In this document: positions 18,210-28,229 of the stretch, piece by piece
How the letters are laid out: each line of letters opens with the position of its first letter
Numbering within the stretch: the stretch's first letter is position 1
Assembly (NCBI GenBank): GCA_030704615.1
Contig: CM060732.1
Location: 68,448,001-68,512,000, forward strand
DNA length: 64,000 bases
Direction: 5' to 3'
DNA from: Takakia lepidozioides
Lineage: Eukaryota > Plantae > Bryophyta
Position numbers and translations under genes: made by a program
Notes under the pieces: model-generated
What the model saw: only the letters and a program-made list of their open reading frames with translations
Database searches by the model: none
Told to the model about the DNA's origin: nothing

Positions 18210-21200
18210 ATGCCGAAGGGGAGGAAGCAGATGCGTCTACAGGAGGAGATTGCCATCTCCGAGCAGCAGGCCACTCAGGCAACCCAGCCACCAGTGAGAG
18301 CTCCATGCGATCGGGCTGCGCGCAGCTGATCGAGCACCGAACCCCCCATTTTGCTTCTGTAATTCTTAGACTGAATGCTAGGAGACTTGAATGCAGAACA
18401 TGTTTGCATGCCTAACAGGAAAGGTGGACGTGCTGGAGGGATCGCAGGAATCCGAAGAGCCGCAGGAAGAGTCCGAGGAGCTAGCTGCAGCACGTACACC
18501 CACCCGATCCCCGAGCGCGGGTATTCCTGCCGGGCCTAGCCCTCTGCGATTCAAAGACGCGTCTTCGAAGGGCAAGTTCAAAGTCCCAGAGATCGACTCG
18601 CGTTCTTCGGTCATGGAGAATCGCCAGCAGGGGTCGGGCCCTTCTCCAGCAAAGTCGAAGAAGAAGCAGCCCGTCCCTCTACTGGCTTCTGAACCGGCTC
18701 AGGCCGATTCACCCCCCCCAACGCGAATGAAGCAGCAGGGTAGAAGACAGATTCAATTGCAGCAGACACCTTCACCTGCAAGGATGAGGAAGCAGAAGGC
18801 AATCAGGGCGACGGGCGAACAATCTCCCGCAAAACCGCTTCCACGAGCTGAAGCTCAGTTCCTGGAGGATTTCCCGCCTGCAGATGTTGGGGCCGACTCT
18901 GCTGCAGCTCAGGCAATGGGATCGACCGTTGATCTCGATTTGGTACCGGAGGAGGGTGCTGCCGCTCAACTTTCGCAGCAAGACCTCACCACCGATGAGC
19001 AAGCAGGCCCGGAGGAGGCCTCTGCAATGGCAGAATTGCCCGCACACAGGCCCCAGAGTGCAGCTCCAGTTGAGGATGCTCCAGCTGCTCAGCCACTACC
19101 GGCACCTACAGACATGTCTCCGGAGGATTTCAAAAGTGCAGCGGATAAAATGTTGGAGGAGACACACAGTAGCATTGGCAGAGTTCTGGGCAGCAGGGTA
19201 TTCCAGCGGACTCTTCGAATCCCACTCTGTCGCATGGTCTCCCTTCCCATCGTCAGGCAGGCCCTCCCGGAGATGTGGATAAGCTCAAGTTCGCATTTCG
19301 AGAAGGGTACCGTCTGGGATCGGCAGCGTTTTACGTTTCCATTGAGAATGAGGACGGCGAAACTCGTGGACCCACTGCCGATGAATTGTCAACGTGGGAT
19401 ACCCACTGGCACACTCGCAACCACGAATTCGAGGCGACGCTGAAGGGTGATCCCGACTTCGGCCATATGTCGGGTAAAATGTTCTTTGTGTGGGACGGGA
19501 ATCACCGACTTCTCGCCTGGTGGGAGTACATCAAGCAGAACCATGCCAAGCACATTGGCTGGCATTACATGGTGGAGTGTGTCATCCTGAAGGTGAAGGC
19601 GGCAGACTCCTCCCTGCTCAAGAATGCCATGGCGGACCTCAACTCGTAAGATACTCATACCCTCCCTAGCACGTTCGAAATGCGGTGCCGCATTTCGGTT
19701 TCCATTCTGGTTTGTTTCCGTGCTTCCGTGTACTGAACTGGAGAGTGTGCCTTGCAGGGTCACTGAAAATGCGTACGTGCATACCCACATGGCACACATG
19801 CTGTACAGGGTGAGGAAAACTGGTCTCACTGATCCGCAGATGTTTGCGGAAATGCTGGAGCCCGAGCTCATTCAGAAAGCCGTTGCAAAAACAGACCGGA
19901 CATGGTATCGTCTCACTATGGATGGAATGGTGGAGGTGATATACGAAGTAAGTCGTCCTCCAATTTCCCTCTGCTCATCCTTCCCCAATTTTCAGTAATC
20001 TTTCCACATGAATCGAATGTAACGCTTCTGCATGTTTTTGTTGGCAGTCAAACATCAAGCTGGATTTGGCCCATGCCAAACGCTTCTTCATGGAAAGTGA
20101 GGGGCAGGTCAAAACGTTGCAGTCATTGACTGAGCACTTGAAGGAAGCCGGTGTCAAGTCCAGAACCAAATACAAGTCAAAGCTTGTGAAGCTGGTGGCA
20201 ATTGCAGATCCGGCACTTGGAAAGGACTTCATCCCCGAGATTGCAAAACACTATTCTCGGGCCATGCAGCCGACCATGCAATTGGAGAAACTGCATCACC
20301 TCTCAACGGCATGTGTGGAGGCGAAAGAGAAGGTGAGGTTTCAATGCACTGAAGTTCCTTCCTAGCAATAGCCACTCTCTTCCAGCTCCTGACATTGGAT
20401 CGGAAATGGCAGACACGGTGGCTGTCGATCTGGAATGCATCCGAGAGCATAAGGACAATGTGGTCTTTTCCACTGGAAGTTTCCGACCCTGCAGTGGATG
20501 TGTGGCTCAACCGTATGACTTGGTGGTTCCAGGTAATTCAAGGTACTTCCCCAGATTTGCTTTTCTGACATGAATTCCCTGAACTGCTACGTGACAATGG
20601 ATTTGGGAATCGCAGGTAATGTCGAATGCGAAGGAGCAAGTCGTAATGCACACAAATTCGTTCGGCTTGTACGTCAAATGGGATGGAACACAGACATTGG
20701 AAGACTACGTGACACGTTTCAGATGTGCGTACAAGGACAACCTTTTCGCCAGAGAGCTACAGACAGCAAGAAGGAGCGTGGAGTTTACACATCAGGAGGG
20801 AGCGGGGAAAGCTGCAATGCGAATTGTTTACAGGTGAAGCACAGCTGCCCTTGTATGCGAAGCCTGGTTACGAGGTTTGTCTCGGAAATGCGGCACCGCA
20901 TTCGCATTTTATGTTTTTGGTGGCACTCTGCCAGTAGGTTGGTCTCAACTTTTGCTCACGCATGCTGACTGCCTTGCAGGTATATGAAATACGTGCTCCT
21001 TCAGACAGGGGCCCTGGCTCAAGAGCCCCCGTTCTTCATGGCTTGGACCGTGGCGGGCCCAAGCTGTGTCTACACACCCGAGATGCAGAAACAATGGCAT
21101 CCCGCGCATCTCGTTGGATGCCCGTGGTACCTGGACATGTCTGGCGGTATTGTTGACGAGTCTGAGAAAGATCTGCACGCCTTGGCAGAAGAGAAAGAAA

Positions 21201-23331
21201 GGAAAGACGTGTCCCTGCTGGGCCAAAGTCGGCAAAGGAATCTGCTGCTCTGGAAGAATCCAGAAAGGCAGCTGAGATGGCACAAAAGACGGTGGATGCA
21301 GCTGTGCAGGCCCAACAGAAGGGGTCGAAGAAGAGGACTCGCCAGCAAGGAGCAGCTGTTGTGACACCCGCCAAAACGAAGAAGCAGAAACAGCCTGTTC
21401 AGGAAGAGGGTGAGGAAGAGGACTCCGATGGAGACTTTGCAACCAGCCCACCCCCCAAACGCAGGCTGCCTCCCCTGTGCCCACCGTTGTCACCAGAGGC
21501 ACGAGAACTGGCTCGGCAAAGAAGGCACTCTTCAACCCCCCAGGGGGGCACCCTTTCGAGCCGGTGGAAATGAAGAGGCCGAAAGTGGCTCCCGAAACTG
21601 TAGTCCAGTGTGTAAATGAGAGTTTCTTGGCGGCTTTGGATGGACGGGCAGCCAAGTTGGCATACCTGAAGACCATGGAGGGTCTGAAGGGCAGAGCACT
21701 GAAGAAGGCGACTGCCGAAGAGCCTTCCGACACCCCAGGATTTCAGAATATGGTCTCGTTCTTTGAGAGGGTGTGTGCAGACAAGGATTGTAGGAGGGGC
21801 GGAAATGCCACCGAGTGGTCTTGCGATATGATCATCTTGGATATTCCGGACGGAGAGCCTGTGGAAGGACTGCAAGCTTTGCCATCTTGGAACAGGTACT
21901 CGGAGGACTTTTGGAAGAAAGGATTCGGGCTTGCCCGCATGGTGTTGGACGACAGAGGCTGTGTGGTTGTCCTGGCGAGCAGAGGAAAAAACACTCAGAC
22001 AGGAATTGCGAAGTGGACCCGCAAGAGCGCCGTCCCGATTCTGAAAAAGAAGTGGACGTGCATCAACACACTGGGCCTTCGGTCGGAAGGGAAGAAGGTG
22101 ATTACGACACTGGCACTCGTCCATTCATTTGCTTGGGTGTTTTCAAATGCGGTGCCGCATTCGGTTTCTAATCGTTTTCCCCCTGTGTATGCAGACGAAG
22201 CAGTTCGATGCATACTGCTTTGTGAAGGAGAACTCCACCTTTGCTTTCCGGAAGGAGGGAGGAAAGGTTGACCCGAACTGCGACCCACTCGATTACGACG
22301 TTCTGTTCAACAACGTTCCCAAGGAACTTCTCCCTCATAGCCTCACTTCAACGGAACCCCTGCGGTACTCACGGACTCGGAGCCCTGCCTTCATTCAGAC
22401 AATTATGGAGACATGCACAGACGTGGAGGGCACAGTGCTCGACCTCATCTGTGGGACAGGTATGCAGAATCTTGATCTATGCTGTTCTGCAAATTCTCGT
22501 TAGGATGTAGTTCGCAACATCTGAAGCGCCATGTGGTAATGTGTGGATGGCATTGTAACAGGTGCCTCAATGTGGGCTGGGCGGTTTTCCGACCGGCACC
22601 TCTTTGCCTACGAGGAGGATTCATCCGTGTGGGGATCCCATCTGGAGGGGCTGCAACGGAATGTGAAGGCTCCCGACAGAGCGGAAGTCTCCTCGGATTC
22701 GTCGGAGTCCGAGGAAGACACAGTGGACATTGATGCGGAGGAGAACCCGGAATACGAGTGAGTGCAAACATTGTAAGTTTGCAAAGCCTTCTGGGTCATT
22801 TATGTCAAACGAATTTCCCGACTGTGGTTCTCATTAGTCTCGTTGATGATTGTCATGTGCAGGATTGCAGGGTCCGGGTCGAAACATGTAGGGCCTACAC
22901 TTCCTGCCAGGAAGAATGTCCCGTTCTTTGCGAGGGCCGATTTCATGACGAGCCCGGTGAGGGACTACTCCCTTCCTAGTTATGCAGCTAAACTCGCAAA
23001 TACAGCGATTAGAAGAAGTGAGAATCCCAGTAAAGTAGAGCAGATTTTGGAGAGGGCTAGGGAGGACAGAAGGATAAGGAAAGAGTTGGCAGCAGCTCAG
23101 ACAGGTAGACGGGTACGAAAGTACATATGTGATTCAGCGGATGAGAGCGACGCAGACAGGGAGGAAGACGACCCAACGGAGGTGAGATGGACAGTTCCGC
23201 AAGGGGAAGATGGGATTTTCGAAAGCCTGGCCAACGAGCAGTCCGCTGGAGATGAGAGAGGCACTGAGGGGGTGGAGGATGAGCAGGACAGTCTAGAACA
23301 GGATGAGGATTCGGATGATTTTCAAGATTAA
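18210..23331 (+). pseudogene. Family-1 multi-exon gene: disordered N-terminus + ParB/Srx-like domain + beta-class N6A/N4C DNA-methyltransferase-like domain (a few frameshifts)
   Basis: ParB-like LRIPLCRMVSLPIVR...KLKFAFREGY...FYVS...MFFVWDGNHRLLAW (about 19210-19520). MTase motif IV-like CDMIILDIPDG (about 21822) precedes motif X/I RSPAFIQTIMETCTDVEGTVLDLICGTG (about 22380-22460). Several GT-AG introns, e.g. donors at 19646, 19948 and 22460. Confidence 0.75.
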
Positions 23332-23464
23332 TAGAATTTTAATGAAGTCTCTGTAAATGTAAATTCTCTTCCAGAGTATATAAAGGAAATTCTGCCCGAC
23401 ATTCGTGACCCCTCTCCAGTGTGCATTCCAGCCACACAATCGCCCAAACCACGACGCTCCCAAA

Positions 23465-24235
23465 ATCAGAAATGGGGCACCGCATTTCCAAAACAGGGAA
23501 CTCTAAGAACCTCTTTTGGAAATGCGGCACCGCATTTCCAAAACAGGGGAGGGACTAAATTTTCCATTTCAATGTTGGCATAGTAAAAAGTAATCTGAAT
23601 TGGAAATGCGGTGCCGCATTTCCAAAATTTCCTTTGTCCACACGCCAGTTTTGGCCTCTCCCGCTCATCGCATGGATGCCACCACGCTTACAGAGGTCGA
23701 ACAACGAGGTCGAGCAAGGAGGTCGAGATGGCGGGATTGAAAATGCGGTGCCGCATTTCAGTATTGGGGATGGTCGTTGTTCGAACTGCAGGCCCATCAG
23801 CAAAAAATTGGCACCGCATTCCATTGTAAAAAAAAGTCGATGACGGACATGGAAATGCGGCGCCGCATTTCCAGAACGGACATCGCAATTTGTCCATTTG
23901 CAGACCCTCTCTCGGAAATGCGGTAACGCATTCCATCGCGCTGGTCGGAAATGTCACACTTTTCGAAGTGTTGTACGGAAATGCGGCACCGCATTCCCTT
24001 GTCCAAAAAGAAGTTTCCATTGCCAAGCTGGAAATGCGTCGCCGCATTTGCAATGCCAACCTCGTTTTCTGATCAATTTATAGACCCGTGTTGGTATTTC
24101 GTGTACCTGGACGGAAATGATGCACCGCATTTCGATCCCGACATGGAAATGCGGCACCGCATTTCGATGCCGACATGGAAATGCGGCACCGCATTTCGAT
24201 GCCGACATGGAAATGCGGTGCCGCATTTCAATGTC
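23465..24235. repeat. Second cluster (about 13 copies) of the family-1 palindrome, ending in about 4 tandem 32-bp units
   Basis: GGAAATGCGGNNCCGCATTTC near 23519, 23602, 23740, 23850, 23914, 23977; tandem ggaaatgcggcaccgcatttcgatgccgacat at 24113-24240. Confidence 0.9.
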
Positions 24236-24486
24236 CGACATGGCGTTACTCTGGTATATTCTTGACACATGACTCACATAACGGTTACTCTGCTATATTC
24301 ATCCGGACAGACACATTGTAGAAATGAGACATCAAATTGTAAACAGTGGGCCAATTCCGACAGTTATTCAACACAATGAAACACAATCATACAGAAGTGA
24401 GGTACGATGGGTTTATTGATCGGACACGATGTCTCACATTTACCAACTGCAGACAAAACTAAGCCCTTCCTCCTTCTACATGGGCT

Positions 24487-25188
24487 TCACCAAGTCGACG
24501 GAACTTCGATACCCCTCAAAACAAGCTCATCACTGCTGCGGCACCTCGAGGTAAACTGCAATTCGGTCGTTCTGCTGCCCTTGCTGGAGCCGACGACAAT
24601 GTCATGTCCATCAATGATACCACCATCATACATTGACAAGGTCACTGTGGGCCTCATGTGCCCGTGCGATTCGTCTTCGCAACGCAGCCGAATGTCTCCA
24701 TACACTGGAAGAGCGGAGTGATCTGCACGTATATAGTTTTCCCCGGTGCCGTCCTCCCTGGTCCACTGGCAGCAGTTCCAGCGCCAAAGCGAGGCCGTGC
24801 GTGATCTGTCCGGCATCCCTTTCCAGCTTGGTATATCGAGGTCAACAATTTTCAGGACCCACGGACCGCATTGACCCTCGCCCTCACCTCGCTCAAAGCG
24901 GTAATAGCCCTCCAGATACTCCATTGCGCGCAAAGACTCTTGCTTGATTCCAGCAGCGTCTGTGAAAACAGAGAGCCAGACAATGATGTCTCCTGATTCT
25001 GGTTTGAACATAGCATAATCGTGGCCATGATAAGGGCAGTCGGCTGGATTTCGGCGGCACGGCATCCTTGAAAAAGAGTAGCGGAGTACGCTCAATGACA
25101 GCAGCTCCCGGATGGAGGAGGAGCAGCGCGGTGGCTGGAAAAAGTTCAAGCTAACGCTGCAATTCCTCACAAACACTCCAGGGCACAT
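24487..25188 (-). CDS. Hypothetical protein, paralogue of 25408-26178
   Basis: Colinear similarity, e.g. SFSRMPCRRNPADCPYHGHDYAM...SGDIIVW...RWNCCQW...YGDIR...DGGIIDGHDIVV...ELVLRGIEVP. Likely start is MPC. Confidence 0.65.
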   Translation of the reverse strand: MCPGVFVRNCSVSLNFFQPPRCSSSIRELLSLSVLRYSFSRMPCRRNPADCPYHGHDYAMFKPESGDIIVWLSVFTDAAGIKQESLRAMEYLEGYYRFERGEGEGQCGPWVLKIVDLDIPSWKGMPDRSRTASLWRWNCCQWTREDGTGENYIRADHSALPVYGDIRLRCEDESHGHMRPTVTLSMYDGGIIDGHDIVVGSSKGSRTTELQFTSRCRSSDELVLRGIEVPSTW

Positions 25189-25407
25189 TTAAATTTCCCC
25201 CCTACAGGATCCTGGATCGATGAAGATTGGCTGCTGCATAAATGTAGCCGTTTCTGTTTCCTACCCTGCCATGCAAACTATGGGCAGTCACTGCCAGGTG
25301 GGCCGATAGCCACTGGACACGACGAAGTCCATCCCCTCTTCGATGTAAATGCGGCGCCGAATTTCCATCCGGGGGATGGACTTCGGTGGCAGATCTCAAA
25401 CTATAAC

Positions 25408-26178
25408 TTGTTGATGAGAAAGATGTATGGCTTCATCCACCGCTGCCGTGATGAACACGTTCCACCTCCGTCGGTGGGTACGTGTGACCCAGATGCTCCA
25501 TTATTGGAGGCCGGACTGCTCTTCCGCTTCGTATCATTTCCAAAATCTAAGGGCTTCGTAGCTGTCCGCAAGGTCATCGGCATCCAAGTCGTCCTCAGGT
25601 CCTCCTTTGCAAGGATGCCGTGCTTCCGGAACCGGGACGACTGCCCCTTTGGAGGCATCGATTATGCAATGTATTCGGCCACATCGGGAGACATTGTTAT
25701 CTGGTACACAGATTACACAGAAGATACTGGTTCGATTGTGGAAACATTGGTGGCTTTTGAGTATATCGTAGGCCACTACGCCTTCGAGCGGGGTGACGAT
25801 CTTGGTCTGAGGAGTCCGTGGCTCCTGCGCATCCTCGATTCCGATTTTCCCAGTTACGACGGTCACCCATGCAGAAGAAGGCGCACTGCTATGCTGTTGC
25901 GGTGGAACTGCTGCCACTGGACGTGGGTGGACTCCATCGGAGAGACCTATTCTCCTCGAGGAGTGCGCTCCTCTTCTCCATTGTATGGGGACATTCGCAT
26001 TGGTGTGGACGACGAAAACGTGAAGATTTCCATATTCGATGGTGGTATGATTGAAGGGCAGGACATTGTGGTGAACATCACTAGGGGCGGTACAACGGCT
26101 GCAATCGACTTTACATGGAGGAGCCCCATGACTCATGAGCTAGTTCTGAGAGCAGTCGAAGTCCCATTGACAACGTGA
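25408..26178 (+). CDS. Hypothetical protein, paralogue of 24487-25188
   Basis: SFARMPCFRNRDDCPFGGIDYAM...SGDIVIW...RWNCCHW...YGDIR...DGGMIEGQDIVV...ELVLRAVEVP; AATAAA near 26261. Confidence 0.65.
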   Translation: MLMRKMYGFIHRCRDEHVPPPSVGTCDPDAPLLEAGLLFRFVSFPKSKGFVAVRKVIGIQVVLRSSFARMPCFRNRDDCPFGGIDYAMYSATSGDIVIWYTDYTEDTGSIVETLVAFEYIVGHYAFERGDDLGLRSPWLLRILDSDFPSYDGHPCRRRRTAMLLRWNCCHWTWVDSIGETYSPRGVRSSSPLYGDIRIGVDDENVKISIFDGGMIEGQDIVVNITRGGTTAAIDFTWRSPMTHELVLRAVEVPLTT

Positions 26179-28229
26179 CTTGTATTCAGTAGGCACAGGG
26201 CTCAAGATTTGATGGCACAATCAGCACAGTAGACGTGCTTCAAATGCAATTCATGTGGATCAATAAAAACCTCATTGTGCCCTCTTTTTATTCTATTCTG
26301 TGTCCATCGTTCCGAGAATGCGTCATTGCTCATTTCGTTTGGGATTGGGAGTGTGGGTGAATTTTGCAAATGGCTGGTAGGCTGAAATGGGCCCCCATTG
26401 TACAGAGCAGTACCACCCTACCATTCGCGAAACATTGCCTTTCAATATATAATTCTAAATAACATTGCCGAACCTCCTTCATCGGGAGGTCCTTCTCCCC
26501 CTATGACCGTGGCACCCTAAACCCTATTCCCGCGGACACTCATTTCCGGAAAATAGTGCAGCTCATGTTTTTTTCCACACTTACGACTCTGCTCATGGCT
26601 CATGCCGCTCATGGCTCATGGCTCATGAAATAGCAGCCCCCAGCGATTCAGGAGGAGACAAGAGCAGTCGGCCCCATACTGGTCACAGAGCAACGGACGG
26701 ATTGGATGCGTGATCAATCATTGAAATCAAGCATCAAAGTAATCAGTGGAAGAAAGGGTGGAGAGTGTAACAGAGACCTCAAGACATGGTCTGGCAATCG
26801 AGTTGAAGTGCAGGCTGCCACCAATCTCCCTCCATGCGAGCTGGAACTTACAGGAAACGACTTGAGAGTCAACAGTGATAAGTACATGGGACGAATAACT
26901 GAACAAATGCAGCTGAGGGATGACGAAGCGGCAACGCGGTCCATCATGGAGGAGAAGCCGATTGGAGTTTAACAAATCGAGTTGCTCCATGGTAATGGCG
27001 AGGCGACCCCAAAACAACATAGAACTACCTGCTCGGGAACCCGTAGATAACCAGGGAACAGGGAACCAAGACAAGTATTTTAAAAAAAAAACAAAGGAGT
27101 TTTCTTTGTATTTGTTTTGTCTTTTTTTTTTTTTTTTTTAAAGAAAAAAAGAAAAAGGTGTTATGTTTAAAGAGCCTGGTTGGTCATATCTTTGTCAAAT
27201 GAGCTCCGTTTGACTCAGTTTTTGAGGGGATAGCTGCAAAAAAGGGAAATCTACCTATCTGGTTTTCGTTTTTGGGAATCTGCTAAAAATCTATGGAATT
27301 TTTAGAGTGTGAGTGTGCCGTGAAAGATCCACAATTCTGTTTCTAGAACCTGTTCTGGTCTATATGAGAGACAAATTTGTGGATGTCATCCTTGTATGGT
27401 TGGGGGAAATGAGGACGTAATTGAAGGGCAGGTCTCGTCTCTTAGCCTGTGCACACAAGGGGACATGGTTTATGTTTCCCAAGGAACTCAGACTGATTTG
27501 AGTGGAGAACAGTTGGACGAGTTGATTGCATACTGGGAGTCGGGTGTTAGCAGTGGACAACACACTGCTGTAGTTGGCGTTGAGGGCCTCAATATTGCCT
27601 TGGACAGTCAGAACTCTGTTGGAGCCAGCAGTTCTGCAGCTGTAGGTGAAATACCAAAGTGGGTGAAAGCTAGGCTTGGAACACAGCCAAAGACAGCCCC
27701 GGGGACCAAGGTGTTCAGTCACAAGGCCATGGTGTACTGGAGCAGAGGAGCAGGAGCGACACAAGTTTGTGCAATCAGACACGGTTGCAGCCGGACACGC
27801 TCTGCACAAGGCAACCACGAGCGGGGGTTCATTAGCAATGACAAGTTTGTTCTGCGTGAAGGAGATGCAGTCATTCGCAATGAGGACACCCGCAACCGTC
27901 TCAAAGCTTTCGAGTTGAGAGACTATCAGACCCTACCTTTGTTTTCTTTAGTATTCAGTGAGCGGGAGATAGGGGAGTATTGTCTCTACCTGGCAGAAAG
28001 AGGAGGAGGGTTGGTTAGAGCGCGCTACTGTAGCTTGGGACAAGGTTAGTGGCAGGTTTCTGGACATAGATATACCTCCTACACCTTACCATCATGCAGA
28101 GCGAGGCACTTTGAGAGAAGTCTGGCAGTTGATAGCATAGATCAGGATTAGATCTTGCTTGGTCGGGCTTCTATTCTTCCCCTCTCTCTTTACTATTTTC
28201 ATTACTTTGTACTTGTAGTTGCCAAAGCC

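Larger units (their letters stand above)
1..26641. mobile_element. MULE-like DNA transposon, family 1 (transposase + ParB-MTase gene + palindrome arrays + cargo ORFs); left end outside window; interrupted by Gypsy element
   Basis: MULE-type transposase on minus strand (51-15693) and divergent ParB-MTase gene (18210-23331). Right end inferred from GCTCATG repeats at 26591-26627 ending ...GCTCATGAAATAGCAGCCCCC, which aligns with the termini of families 2 and 3. TSD cannot be checked. Confidence 0.65.

Noticed and set aside
18210-23331. Bacterial or phage contamination explaining ParB and MTase
   Set aside because: The gene has multiple GT-AG introns, basic NLS-like segments, and lies within eukaryotic transposons.
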